Part shown: in pieces, positions 25,626 through 39,360 of the stretch | Layout: each line of letters opens with the position of its first letter | Position numbering within the stretch: position 1 is the first letter of the stretch | Assembly: GCF_963921235.1 (NCBI RefSeq) | Contig: NC_086100.1 | Span: 60,946,001-61,010,000, forward strand | DNA: 64,000 nucleotides | Source: Mobula hypostoma | Lineage: Eukaryota | Reading direction: 5' to 3' | The notes under the pieces: model-generated | Database searches by the model: none | Told to the model about the DNA's origin: nothing | The model's input: the letters and a program-made list of their open reading frames with translations, nothing else | Position numbers and translations under genes: made by a program

Positions 25626-26964
25626 CTATTTTGGTTCAAAAATATCTTTAAATTAGTTGCCTTTTAAGTACTCAAAATAACTGAAGTACTTAATTGATGG
25701 AGACTAGTTTAAAAACACAAAACCCCACCAAGACCGTTTTGCAAAAACAAATGACTGGTGTAAATTTGTAACACTGCAGGGCAATGGTACTATTAAAATG
25801 CCACAATAGTGACTGTAGTTCACTTCAGATGATTTCTACCAAATATGGTTGGTCAGTTTCTATTGAAATCTGGTAGACTGCTAAGTAGCTTTATATTACA
25901 GCTTGGTCTGTAAATAGCAAAACAAAGCTGCAGATTTGTGATTATTGATGTGATAAAAGAAAGATGAATGCACCTTGGCTGTATTGAAATTTAACCATAC
26001 GACACCAAGTGTATAAAAAGGCATCAGGTGAAATAGGTGTTGGGCGTTATCTTCAATATTATTCCCTAAATAAATACAGCAAGGAGTTCAAAGTAACTGA
26101 AAGATTGAACGATATTTCCCCGAGATGGTTCAAAACAACATTTTGGTAGATGCTGAGACAATTCTAAAATATTGGCAAAACCCAGAAGAGGAAATTTGTT
26201 ATATAAAAATAAAACATACCGAAATGGATTGAAAAATGGTTAGGGGCAAACTTCTTGAAAAATCTACAACTCCCATTTAAAATTTTAGATCTGCAAGTTA
26301 GTTGTCCAATGCTGTTTTTCATGAAATGTTTATTTTTGATTACTGGTAATTTTGCTTTTAAAAACCAAACTTAATTTAACCTATATACTAAGGTCCTAGA
26401 CTGGCTCACAGCAAATAACTATCATGGGATAAATTATATGTACCTTAGAATACTAAGATGATTTAAAAAAAATATTGCATCAACAATAATGTGTCAAGTT
26501 TTAAGGGTGTGGGAATTCAGAATAAATTTTAGGCAACTGATAAGTAATGGCGCTTTATACCTCTCATTAGTCAAGTGGTTTAAAAAAAGGGCATATGAGC
26601 ATATTTGCTTCGCATCACAGTTGCTTCTGTGATCCTCCTCCACATAGAGAATTCCACAGATTTGCCACTATCTTACAGCTGTGGCGGCTAGCTCATAAGA
26701 AGTATTTGGTGGAGATAAAACATTATTTTTGGAAGTCCAGTGGATTGAGCCATAGTGCTATGATAAAGAGAATTTGTTATTTGCAGTCACATAGTGGTAC
26801 AGGCTTAAGGAGCCAGGTAGCCTATACTTGTTCATCTTTCCTTTGTGTTCTTGTACAATGAGGGGAGTGCTACATTACAATTAAATCGTTAGTATGGAAC
26901 AAAGAGACAATTTTAAATTAAACAAACAGGAAATAGCACTTCATTTGAGATAGGGTACACACTA

Positions 26965-27270
26965 TAGAACAAGGAATGAACTTGTACTGACATTACATTT
27001 TCCACAGTATCAGGATGACCTAGAATGCCAAAAGCCAAAGCAAGTGTTTAGAGATGTTCATTAAGGGCTAATAATGCCCAGGACAGCAGCATGGGTACCA
27101 GTTTCTTCTCTGAATAATATAAGGGCCTCTTACAAAAGTAAGCAATGCAGTCTTGGCAGATTGTTTTATGCATTCATTTGATAACAAAGCAGCACCTCTA
27201 TAACACACTAAATTCTTAGCTTGTACTACTTACTCAGGACCTAAAAAGACGATTTACCAGAGACAATAAT
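26965..27270 (-). mobile_element. Possible ancient DeuSINE/SacSINE1-like remnant
   Basis: Resemblance from memory to an L2-type tail plus Deu-domain; heavily diverged. Confidence 0.3.
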
Positions 27271-27878
27271 GTCTGAGGCATTAAGATACGTACCACTAAA
27301 AAAAAGCATCTTTGTTTGTAGCAAAGCATCAATCAGAAGATACAGTAAAGCTGTGAAAGAAAGTGTTGAGGATAAAAAGTTCTACTTTAGTCTCATCTGA
27401 CAAGACCAAGCAGTATGTGTGGTAAATCTAATACTGCACATCAGCCAGTATTTACTGTAACACCGTCCCTACTGTAATGTATGGTGGAGATAGCATCACA
27501 CTATGGGGATGCTTTTTAGCAACAGGGATTGGAAATCTGGTCAGGAGTGATGGGAAGGTGAATGCTGCTAAATAGAGATCCTGGATAAAAACCTGCTATC
27601 CTCTGCCAGAAAGCTGAAACAGGGGAGGAAGCTAGTCTTTCAGCAGGACAATGACCTTAGCACACTTCTAGAGCAACCATGAAGTGACTTCAAATTAACA
27701 AAATAGATGTCCTTAGGTGGCCCAGTCAGAGACCTGACCTTAAACCCAATCGAACATCTCATCTCTGGCAAGACCTTAACACCACTGTACACTGTCACTC
27801 CTCAACTAACCTGGCACAGTTTGAGCAATTTTGCAAGAAGGATAGGCAAATCTTGCATCACATCATGCAAAGCCAATA

Positions 27879-29296
27879 CAGGTATGCATCGCATAACGCC
27901 CACGATACATTCTGTGAAATTGGACATTATACGATTTGCACGTGCGAACACCGTATTATCTACTTAGCAAACCTATATGGAGTACTGCAGTGTACCTGTA
28001 TTGACTAAATAGCCAAGAACTTACACTAAAACTGTATATAAAACTGTTGTTACATGCTCAAGGAGATCTGTTTTTTTTTGTGAGAATGGTGTAATGGTCT
28101 TTTGGAGATCACCTGATGTGATTTTCCTGCCGTTGTGAGGTCACGTGATGACATGTGCCCCGTGACTATATAAGGGTCGACTCAGGTGACGCAGATAGAT
28201 TTTGAGTTTGTAGATTTCCAGGTAGAACGTGTTGTGCCTCCGTTTCTGTTGGGTGTTTGTTTTTGTGACGCAGTTTCATTTTTAAAACGGTTGTACATTC
28301 TGTTGAAAGATTCCATATTACTTGGACTGGAAATTTGTGGCTGGAAGTACCAATTCACTCAATTCCGACAATTTTGAAGGGAGAGTGAAGAATTCATCGA
28401 AGTGAAGGATCGAGAGAAGTCGGCATCGTTTGGCAGTTTAATAAAGAATTGACCTTATTGAGTCTTCGTCGGAGAGAACCTGCATCGAGATAACTCTTGT
28501 AAAAGGGCAATGAGTTCATGCAAAAAGGTGCTCTCTCTAAAAGGAATTTAAGGTCAGTTGATTTAAACTGTTTATTTTCAGCATCGGGAATCCTGTGGAC
28601 AGAACCAGCAGAAAAGGTGCGTCGGTGAAGAAATCCTTCTCCAGAGAAGTCTCTCCCAATTGAATGCATAAAACTGTTGGACTTTCGAAGTTATCGCTTT
28701 AAGAACGATATCTGACTGTATCGCTTTAAGAACTGTTTCCGCATTTAACGCTTTATGAACCAGAGCCGAGTGGAGTTGATGAACAGCTGCATACCTGTTA
28801 ACCTCTGGTTAAAGTTTTCCTTTGTTTTTTTTCCTTATCGTTTATACGTGTTGAATAAATGTTTGGTTGTTTTTATATAACCTGTCTTGATTAATATTCA
28901 TTGTTGCCGGTTACGTAACACTGTAAAACACTATAATACATACACTATAATTTTTCATTTCATTTTAACCTTTTTAATTTTTTTTACATTTTAACCTTTT
29001 ATGTAAACACTTTCTTAGCCTTCATCACACACAACTTATCAAAGATGAGCAAGATCACCCACTTCACTGTTCTCAACTTCCTTATAGTGTTCCACTGGAA
29101 GAGTTTCAGGTTGAATAACCTGAGTTTGGAAGCCATGATGCACTTTAAAGTAATATTTTCGAAAGAAAATTAAACAGAGATGACGCTACTACACTCGAGA
29201 TGCGCAATACATGAGATTGGTTACATCCGCTACATCACATTCTCTGATCGGGATCATGGACGTATATGCGATCGGATGTTAAGCGGCACACACCTG
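27879..29296. mobile_element. Tigger/Golem-like non-autonomous element inside the Tc1
   Basis: Imperfect TIRs CAGGTATGCATCGCATAACG / TGTTAAGCGGCACACACCTG; left TA. Confidence 0.65.
28048..28920 (+). mobile_element. Solo LTR (Gypsy-like), 873 bp
   Basis: TGTTAC...GTAACA termini; 4 bp TSD ctgt; TATATAA 28167-28173; AATAAA 28854-28859. Confidence 0.9.
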
Positions 29297-29422
29297 AAGA
29301 GACTTATTCAAAAAGCCAGCTAGATATAATAACTTTGAGAGGTAGTTCAACTAAATATTAAGCGCCTTTGAACTGCTGACGATTCAGTTTTTAAATTTTT
29401 TTAGATTCTTATGCCTCACAAT

Positions 29423-29842
29423 TGTAATGCCCTGGTTAAGATGTTTACTGCTAATGCTGCAGGGCATTTCATTTACTAGTTTTCTGTAGAAGCAGTGTGT
29501 TCTGCTGATAGTATTTCAGTTTAATTATGAGCCCTTTTTTTATTCTTTCTTTTATAACAGTTTGATTAAGCTGAAATTAGTAAATACACCTTCTTTATAA
29601 TTGCATGTAGTGTATGATCTGTTATTTCTTGCCAACGGATAATTTCACGTGGCCAGTATTCGCTCAGATTGGGGTTCAGGTGGTTGAAACACCCCAACTC
29701 TCCAGTTTGGTAGGACCCAAGTCTTACCTACCCTAGACGTACAGAGCTTAAGAAAGGTGGTTTTCTCACCGCTGAGTCCAATGGTATTAATAAGTGGCTA
29801 ACGGGCTGAGTTTCTATAGAAACCCAATAAAAGAGGATTTCA
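29423..29842. mobile_element. Solo LTR, 420 bp
   Basis: TG...CA termini with partial inverted repeat; 4 bp TSD caat. Confidence 0.7.
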
Positions 29843-30227
29843 CAATTTTTTCTGCTTTTGGGCTCTACTGTGGAAAAAAATGGCATGTGATTCACAAATA
29901 AAAATCCTGTTAAATTGATTGAAATCCATGGTTATAATATTCATTTATATGAAAAGTTTGGAGGCCAAATACTTTTTCCAAGGCACTGTATGTGGACAAA
30001 TTACTCAACATTTTGGTTAAGTAAAACAAAAGGAAAGAATAGTTTTAACAGTAAGAGAATATTTAAGAAAGTAATACTTGAGTTTTTGTTAATAGGTTTT
30101 TGAAAATTTATCCCAAGCTAAATGACTGAACAGAAATGCTATCATATCAAAAATTCCTAGACGAATTTACAAGTACAATGCCCACATTCTCAACATGAAA
30201 CAACTGAAAAATTGGACACAGACTTAC

Positions 30228-30307
30228 CTCCTCTGGAGTTGTTTCAACCACTAATGAAGATCCCATTCTCCCCTTCATTATTTTTCCCCCTCCACCTGTC
30301 ATTGTAC
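30228..30307 (-). CDS. SMC4: SMC4 exon (GTMTGGGGKIMKGRMGSSLVVETTPEE)
   Basis: cag/gtaagt sites; 80 nt, phase 1/0; completes the hinge GX6GX3GG motif. Confidence 0.95.
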
Positions 30308-31159
30308 CTGAAACAAGACAACAGATCACTCATATGCTTTTTAAAAAATCAATATGAATTAAGAATTTGGTTAATACCCCACAGGCATGCACCGGTAGTT
30401 ACTTGTATAATAAAATAGTTAGACTCTCCATGGAAGCAAAGGAAAACAAGACCATTAGACATAGGAGCAGATTTAGTCCATTCATGCCTTTTGAGTCTGC
30501 TTTGCCATTCAACTATAACTGATTTATTTTCCCTCTCAATCCTATTCCATATCTTTGACACCCTTACTAATCGAGAACCTAAAAACTTCTGCTTTAACCT
30601 TCACAGCCACCTGTAACAACAAATGCCACAAATTCACCACCCTTTGGCTAATCTCTATTCTAAAGGGATGTCTCCTGTTCTGAGACTGTGCCCTACGTTC
30701 CTAATCCCTTTCACTTATTACATCTCCCCACATGCATGCTATTTATGCCTTTCAATTTTCAATAGGTTCATTGAGATTCCCCCTTATTCTTCTAAACCCA
30801 ATTGTGTTCAGGCCTGGAGCTATGAACGCTCCTCATACGTTAACAAGGGTCATTCTTGTAAACATGCTCTGAACCTTTTCCAATGCCAGCACATCCTTTC
30901 TGAGATACGGGCCCCAAATTGTCAGCAATACTCCAAAATGTGATCTGACCAATGCCTTATAAATCCTTGTCTTTACATTCTTGTTCTCCGAAAATCAGTG
31001 CCAACATCACATTTGTCTTTCTTACTACCGACTCAACCTGCAAGTTAATATTTAGGAAATCCTGCACTAGGACTCCCAAATCCCTCTGCATCTCCAGTTT
31101 CTGAATTCGAACCCCATTTGGAGAATAGTCTACACTTCTACTCTTTCAACCAAAGAGCA

Positions 31160-32905
31160 TGACTATACTTCTGGAGGAGGAAACCAAAGGCCCACGAGCC
31201 AGTCCTCATTGGGAAATCAAGGGTGGAGACAGTTTGTGACTTGAAATTCCTCAGTGTTATCATTTCAGAGAACCTGCCCTGGGCCCAGAATGCAAATGCA
31301 ATTACGAAGAAAGCATGGCCATGCCTCAACTTCCTCAGATGTTTGCAAAGATTTGGCACATCATCTAAAACTTTGACAAACTTCCATAGCTGTATGATGG
31401 TGAGTATGTTGACTGGCAGCATCATAGCCAGGTATGGAAACACCAATGTCATTGAGTGAAAATGTAGTTGATAACAGCCTAGTCCATCATGGGTAAAGAC
31501 CTCCCCACCATTGAGCACATCTATATGGAGTGCTGTTGCAGGTAAGCAGCATCCATCATCAGGGACCCCCACTGCCCCGGTCATGCTCTCATCAGGAAGA
31601 ATGTACAGAAGCCTCAGGATTCACAAAACCGGGTTCGAAGATTGAAAGTACATATATTACCCAAGTATGTTTACAGTATACAACCCCAAGATTCATCTTC
31701 CCCAGACAGCCACAAAACAAAGAAAAACCAGGAAATCCGTTCAAAGAAAAAAAAACCACAACCCCACGTACAAGAACAAAAATTGCGCAAATGGCAACTT
31801 AAAAAAGGAAGCAGAAAACACAATATAAAACACACAAAAAATAAGTCCAGGCATATTTCACCAACAAGAGAAAATCTGCAGACGCTGGAAATCAAATTAA
31901 TACACACAAAATGCTGGAGGAATTCAGCAGGCCAGACCATATCCGTGGAAAAGAGGAAACAATTGACGTTTCAGGCCATGACTCTTCATCAGAAGAGAGA
32001 AAAGCCAGAGTAAGAAGGTGTGGGGGGAGAAGAGGAAGAAGTACAAGGTAGTAGGTGATAGGTGAAACCAAGAGAGGGGGAGGGGTGAAGAGCCGGGGAG
32101 TCGATCGATGAAAGGGCTAGAGAATGTGGAAAATCACCAAAGGGAGGTGATGGTTAGGTAAGAAGATAGGTGAGAAAAGGAAATAGGAAATGGTGAAGGA
32201 TGTGGAGTGGGGATGGAGTAATGAAGGTCAATTACCCATTCTGACACGTCAGTCCAGAGCCTCCTCTACTGCCACGATGCATTTCTGTCAGGGTATGAAC
32301 ATCAATTTCTTGAACCTTCGGTCACTGACCACCTCCTCCCCCACTCTGTTGTTTTCTCCTCTCACCTCATCTCCTTACCTGCCTATCACTTTCTTCTGGT
32401 GCTCCTCCCCTCCTTTACTTCCATGGCCTTCTGTCCTCTATCAGATTCCCTCCTTCTCCAGCCCTTCCACCAATCAACTTCCCAGCTCTTTAACCGCGCC
32501 CCCCCCCAACCCACCTGGGTTTCACCTATCACCTACTACCTTGTACTTCTTTCTCCCCTCCCCAACACTCTCTCCCAAATCTGAAACTAGAAACACGTGA
32601 ACCGTCACTACCCTTCAACCAGAGGGGATAACTTCATTCACAGCCATCACTGAACTGTTCCCACAACCTACGGACTCATGTTCAAGGACTCTTCATCTCA
32701 TATTCTTAATATTATTTATTTAATCATTTGCAATGGCACAGTTTGTTGTCTTTTTACACACTGGTGTCCTGTTCTGCTGGTGTCTTTCATTGATTCCATT
32801 ATGGTTATTAGATTTATTGAGTATGTCTGCAAGAAAGTGAAACTCAGGATTGTATGGTGATACATACTGTATGTGCTTTGATAAATTTATTTTGAATTTT
32901 ATACA
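31160..32905 (+). mobile_element. Rex1/Babar 3' fragment split by later insertions
   Basis: KFLSVIISENLPW...LRCLQRFG remnant; Rex1-type 3' UTR at 32590-32905. Confidence 0.7.
31862..32580. mobile_element. Penelope-like inverted pLTR insertion, decayed
   Basis: Homology to 57514-58394; purine-rich and pyrimidine-rich mirror arms; hammerhead core at ~31963-31992 (minus). Confidence 0.8.
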
Positions 32906-33561
32906 CTGTATTCCATCTTCTTTGCCCATGCTCCTAATCTGTCCAACCCCTTTTGCAGACTCACCAGTTCCTCAGCAATACCTACCTGCCCACCTGCATC
33001 ATCCACAAGCTCGACCGCAAAGCCATCAATTGTGTAATCCAGACGATTAACATGGAACATGAAAAGCAGTGGACCAACATCAGCCCTTCTGGAGCACCAT
33101 TAGTCATACAGCCAAAGGACTCCATTATTCCCACTCGTTGCCTTCTGCCAGCAGGCCAAACTTCCGTCCATGCTAGTATCTTCCCTGTAATATGATGAGC
33201 TCTTATCTTGTTTAGCAGCCACATGAGAGATCTCATTGAAGGCCTTCTGAAAATCCAAGTAAACAACACACACCGACCCTCTTTTGTCTCTTCCTGTCTG
33301 TTACTTCTTCAAATAACTTCAACAGATTTGTCAGACAAGATTTCCCCTTAAGGAAATTATGCTGACTTTGGCCTACTTTATTGTGTGCCCCAAGTACCAT
33401 GAAACCTTATTCCCTCCTTTGATAAAGACTGGAATGATACTTGCGATTTTCTGGTCCATTTCATAAACCAGTGATTCTTGAAGGATCACTACTAATGCCT
33501 CCAGCTACCTCTTTAAAAACCCGGGGTGTAGTCTATCTGGTCCAGGTGATTTATCTACTTT

Positions 33562-35157
33562 CAGTGGCATGCAAAAGTTTGGGCACCCCGGTCAAAATTT
33601 CTGTTACTGTGAATAGTTAAGTGAGTAGAAGATGAACTGATCTCCAAAAGGCATAAAGTTAAAGATGAAATATTCTTTTCAACATTTCAAGCAAGATTAG
33701 TGTATTATTTTTGTTTTGTACAATTTTAGAGTGGGAAAAAAGGAAAGGAGCACCATGCAAAAGGTTGGGCACCCAAAGAGATTTGAGCTCTCAGATAACT
33801 TTTACACAGGTCTCAGACCTTAATTAGCTTGTTAGGGCTATGGCTTGTTCACAGTCATCGTTAGGAAAGGCCAGGTGATGCAAATTTCAAAGCTTTATAA
33901 ATACCCTGACTCCTCAAACCTTGTCCCAACAATCAGCAACCATGGGCTCCTCTAAGCAGCTGCCTAGCACTCTGAAAATTAAAATAAATGATGCCCACAA
34001 AGCAGGAGAAGGCTATAAGAAGATAGCAAAGCGTTTTCAGGTAGCCATTTCCTCAGTTTGTAATGTAATTAAGAAATGACAGTTAACAGGAACAGTGGAG
34101 GTCAAATTGAGGTCTGGAAGACCAAGAAAACTTTCTGAGAGAACTGCTCGTAGGATTGCTAGAAAGGCAAATCAAAACCCCCATTTGACTGCAAAAGACC
34201 TTCAGGAAGATTTAGCAGACTCTGGAGTGGTGGTGCACTGTTCTACTGTGCAGCGACACCTGCACAAATATGACCCTCATGGAAGAGTCATCAGAAGAAA
34301 ACCTTTCTTGTGTCCTCACCCCAAAATTCAGCGTCACAAGTTTGCAAAGGAACATCTAAACAAGCCTGATGCATTTTGGAAACAAGTCCTGCGGACCGAT
34401 GAAGTTAAAATAGAACGTTTTGGCCGCAATGAGCAAAGGTATGTTTGGAGAAAAAAAGGTGCAGAATTTTATGAAAAGAACACCTCTCCAACTGTTAAGC
34501 ATGGGGGTGGATCGATCATGCTTTGGGCTTGTGTTGCAGCCAGTGGCACGGGGGAACATTTCACTGTAGAGGGAAGAATGAATTCAATTAAATACCAGTA
34601 AATTCCGGAAGTAAAATCACACCATTTGTAAAAAAGCTGAAGATGAAAGATGGCTTCTACAACAGGATAATGATCCACAATGGACTACCTTAAGTGGTGC
34701 AAGCTGAAGGTTTTGCCATGGCCCTCACAGTCTCCCGACCTAAACATCATTGAAAATCTGTGGATAGACCTCAAAAGAGCAGTGCATGCAAGACGGCCCA
34801 AGAATCTCACAGAATTAGAAGCCTTTTACAAGGAAGAAGGGGTGAAAATCCCCCAAACAAGAATTGAAAGACTCTTAGCTGGCTACAGAAAGCGTTTATA
34901 AGCTGTGATACTTGGCAAAGGGGATGTTACTAAGTACTGAACACGCAGGGTGCCCAAACTTTTGCTTCGGGCCCTTTTCCTTTTTTATTTTGAAACTGTA
35001 AAAGATGGAAATAAAAAAAGTAATCTTGCTTAAAATGTTAAAGAAATGTGTCATCTTTAACTTTATGCCTTTTGAAAATCAGGTCTTCTTTTACTCGCTT
35101 AGCTATTCACAGTAACAGAAATTTTCACCGGGGTGCCTAAACATTTGCATACCACTC
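33562..35157 (+). mobile_element. Full-length IR/DR-type Tc1 transposon (1.6 kb)
   Basis: ~210 bp TIRs starting CAGTGGCATGCAAAAGTTTGGGCACCC with inner direct repeats near 33754 and 34948; right-side TA. Confidence 0.95.
33942..34940 (+). pseudogene. Tc1 DD34E-type transposase, inactivated
   Basis: MGSSKQLPSTLKIKI...GRPRK...TDE...QDND...WPSQSPDLNIIENLW; premature TGA at 34078, frameshifts and a short deletion after QDNDP. Confidence 0.92.
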
Positions 35158-38100
35158 TATATGTTTCAGCTTCCCAAGCACCTTCTGCTTGGTAGTAGCA
35201 ACCACACCCACTTTTGCTCCGACACTCTTGAATTTCTGCCGCACTGTTGGTGTCTTCCACATTGAAGACTGAAGCAAAATACTTTTTCAGTTCTCCTGCC
35301 ACATCTTTGTTCCCCACTACTACGGCCAGGCATCATTTTTCAGCAGTCCAAATGTCCACTGTCACCTCTACTTTACTCTGTATATCTGAAAAAAAATTTG
35401 CTATTTTCTTACATTATTGGCCATATTTACATCTTTTCACTCTTTATTGCTTTATAAGTTGCCCTCAATTAGTTTTTAAAAGCTTCCCAACCCTGTAGCT
35501 TCCAAGTATTTTCTGCTATATGGTATGCCCTGTCTGACTTCCATTTCAGTCTATGGTTGCCTCATCTCCCTTTAGGACAGTTCTTTCTTTTTAGGATGAA
35601 GTGATCTTGCATCTTCCAAATGATTCCCAGAAACTCCAGCCATTCCTGCTCTACCATTAGCTGTGCTACCCCTTTCCAATCAACTTTTGGCAGTTCCTCT
35701 CATGCATCTACAGTATATTTACCTGTACTCAATTTGTAAAACTGATGCATCCAATTTTACCTTCTTCCTCTCAAACTGCAGGGTGAATTCTATCATATGA
35801 TCACTGCCCACTAAGAGGTCACCTTAAACTCTGTATTCAAAACAGGACTATAAAGAACAGACAGCCAGCAGCAGAAACCCCTTTTCAACTGGTAAAATCT
35901 TTTGTGTTCTTTGATGCTCATGGAAGGTCAGGAAAACTTAGTTGGTGTGCACACAAGGTATTTAATGTGTGAATTCATGTACTTGTTAGTTTAGTCAACA
36001 AAGGGATTTGTTGGTAAAAACATAACTGTCTCTCACTGATCATTAATATAAGGGGCTATTCTTGTAACAGTACCCCATATTCTGGCTGGTGTTTGAAGGC
36101 TGTATACAACTCGCATCAGGGCCTTTTTACCTTGCAGTTTCTTAACTATGTCAATTCTTTCCAAGGGCTTGATTTCATTTTTTTTTTAGCAACTAAGTCA
36201 CCCCACCCCCTCTACCCACCTGCCTGTCCTTTCAATATGATGTATACCCATGAATGTTAAACTGTGATTTTTTTTTATGTTATATACTGCATGTGTTCAA
36301 ATACAACACCTTTGGTCCTGTATTCACCCGTTTTCTTTTTAATTATGTCTCCATGTTGCCTAAAGGTAATTCTTAACCCTTTCTAAACTACTTGTCTTAT
36401 TCTTTATTCTGTACTTTTGTAACCTCTCCTGAACCCTCCTTTAATTTTACTTTATCAACACTTTTCCAAGCTACTGTACCCCACAAACCCAAGGTCCTTT
36501 AATTTAAAGCCCTATACACAGCTCTAGTTATGAGATTCATCAGGACCCTGGTCCCAACTTGGTTCACATGGAATACATCAGAAGGCACATATTTATGTAC
36601 TTGAAACAAAAGTACACATCAGATTTAATGTAAATATTGAGTTTAAAAAACATTCTGAATATAAATGCACTGCCTTCAACACCCCTTTTCATGATAGGAC
36701 ACTTTCATATGAAAAGATTCAGAGTTGAAAGTATAGTCCAATTTTCACAACTCTGCAATAAGAAACATACTTAATGTACAATTAAGCTAGTTTAAAAAGC
36801 TAATTATGATGAAACATTTAACTAGCCACCCCAGAAGTGGCAACCCAACAAAATTCTTCCAATTTTTTTTTTAAATCTACCCCCAAATGATCTTTTTCAC
36901 TGTGATCTAAAATTGTACTTGGCAAATCTCAATATTCTTTTGAAATTGGCAGTTTGCATTTTAGCTGTTTGTAGTTGTTTTTAGTTCATGCCCTCTCATC
37001 TATTTTGAAGTACACAGGTAGTCAATTATCTCACAAGCATTGATCCACTCCCTTGTCATTTCGATCCAAAAACCTCAAATTAAAGAAAAAGAAACTAAAC
37101 AAACATAGTAATTGAATGCTGATTAGGATGACGTGAATCTCTAACAGCACCCACTGGCTCAATATTGAGCACTCACACTCATTCAATGATCTGTCTTAGA
37201 GCTTAGATTTTATATGCAACAATTCCAAATAAGAAACCAGTGATAACACCTGGCTCAGCACATTACAAAATGGTATAGTTACACAGAAACCTACTGTATT
37301 ATCTGGATGCTCCCAAAAGGGAAGCCACCAGGTTGTAATGCATCAAGTGATTACTGCATGTCAGACTTAATAAAGATCCCCAGGAATACAGGGCTTCCCC
37401 ATACTCCAAGGTGCTCACTATTACAAGATAAATAAAAATCATCTTATATCTGATGATCATCAGTTCACACTTCATGCAGAACAGTGCTAACAAGACAGTT
37501 GGTGGGAATTCAGAATGCAAATAGTACAATGTGATTTATAGAGTCAAAAACATGGCATAGAACAAAATATAGACCGCATGATTATAATTTCTTTGACAGG
37601 CATTTGAAAGAATCAGTAGCAAGATTTCAAAATACCTGTGTTAGTCAGAAAATTACACAAAGCAGAAATTAACTGATTGTTGGAAGATGGGTGAATAATT
37701 CATCTTTGTTGTGACAAATGGAATCAGGCAAAAATGCCTCCATGTCACAAGCATCATAATGACCATATAGAACTGGGTTAAGTCCCCAGCTATGGGTTAT
37801 TTTATGGACATCAGGTAAACATAGGAACCCCAGTGAAGATAGGGGTACTTCTCTTTAAACATTTTAAGTTTGAAGATTAAATAATCAGGAAATTAGCAGG
37901 AAAATAAATAATCATTCGAAACTTCTCAGCTGTTCAATAAGAACATAGTTTATCCAATAACTGTAGTAGACTACAGTTTAACTTTAAAGGTTATGAAATT
38001 GTAAACTTAAATAAATTGAAACCTTGCAGCAAATTATTAATGCCCACTCAGGATATTTATAAAATCATGCAAAATTGTCAAATTTGACTGTAGATAATCC

Positions 38101-38224
38101 AGAAACTTTCCTCATTAGTAGCAGATATCCATTCACATGAAAATACAATGTAAAGTGAAAGCCATAAATGTACAGAAGAGAAAAGATCCCTTTGGCCCAT
38201 CATATCATTGATGGGAGGGGAGAG

Positions 38225-38469
38225 GCATTTGTCATGTGGATAGCTTTTTCCTCAGGGCTAAAATGGCTAGCATGAGAGGGCACAATTATAAGGTACTTGG
38301 AAGTAGGTACAGAGGAGATGTCAGGGGTAAGTTGTTTTGCCTTTTTTGTTTAAAAAGTGGTGAGTGCCGGCGACGGTGGTGGAGGTGGATACGATAGTGT
38401 CTTTTAAGAGGCTCCTGGATAGTGTGAGGGGGTCCTGAATTACCCCTATGAACTGTGCTTTTGGAAAAG

Positions 38470-38511
<42 letters not shown>

Positions 38512-39360
38512 AGACTGCTCACAGGTTGTTTATACTTTCTTCAAGGATATTTGCCTGCTTGTACATTTCTTACACAGACAAAGGAAGGAGGAGTTATTTG
38601 AATGACAGCTGATGCCCAGCACGGAAAGATAAAATAGAAGATCAGATGATAGACCTCAGACACATGTTTTGGGACACTGAATGAGCTTGTGTGCCCGCAG
38701 GAAAAGTGGGATTTTGGAGGATCTATCAGGCAGATCAATCAGTGGCTCTTGCAGTGAAAAGGAAAGGCAGTGACCGGTGGGGAGTTGTCCATGTGTCCAC
38801 CCTTGCCTGGGTGATAGCTCCACCACAGAAAACCGGTCCCCTTTGTTGTGGTCACAGTCAGTGACTTTTAAAGGATTTCGGAGGACAACGAGAAGATCGA
38901 CAGCATCAGCTCACCTGAAGACTCAGATCTCTCCCTCTCTCTCCATCACTACTCAACTCAATACCACGAACTGAACTGAACTCATCATCGTAAGACTGTA
39001 TCTTTTTACCCCTAGACTTGAAGCGGCTTGGTTTTCATATATATTTCCACACTTACTGATTTACATATATACACACACATATATATATATATAAAATCAT
39101 TGCTAACCTGTTTGATTATCTACATTTATATTACTCTACTGCGTAGTTACTAATAATATTATTAGTTAATAGCAATACTGGACTCCAAAGTGTTTTCCAT
39201 CTCTGCTGGTTCTTTAATCCCGTCACGGGATACGTGACAATAGGTACATGGAGCTTAGAAAAATAGAGGGCAAAGTAATTTCTAAAGTATGTACGTGTTT
39301 GGCAGGGCATTGTGGGCCGAAGGGCCCCTATTGTGCTGTAGGTTTTCTATGTTTCTATAT
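38225..39360 (+). mobile_element. CR1 3' end split by a solo LTR
   Basis: Same family as 15500-15851 and 63381-64000; sequence resumes exactly across the LTR (ctggatag|gtacatggagc). Confidence 0.88.
38423..39239 (+). mobile_element. Solo LTR, 817 bp, containing a (GA)n tract
   Basis: TG...CA termini; 4 bp TSD atag; (GA)n at ~38477-38508. Confidence 0.85.

Larger units (their letters stand above)
27330..29988 (+). mobile_element. Old Tc1 transposon remnant hosting nested insertions
   Basis: PTVxYGGxSI.LWGCF, FQQDND, WPSQxPDLNPIEHL remnants; right TIR aatactttttccaaggcactg followed by TA. Confidence 0.8.
30440..35830 (-). mobile_element. Decayed CR1 LINE, interrupted by Rex1, PLE and Tc1 insertions
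   Basis: CR1 3' UTR at 30440-30620; RT remnants (VYLDFQKAF, reverse strand near 33240-33265); ELKKYFASVF near 35290. Confidence 0.85.
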
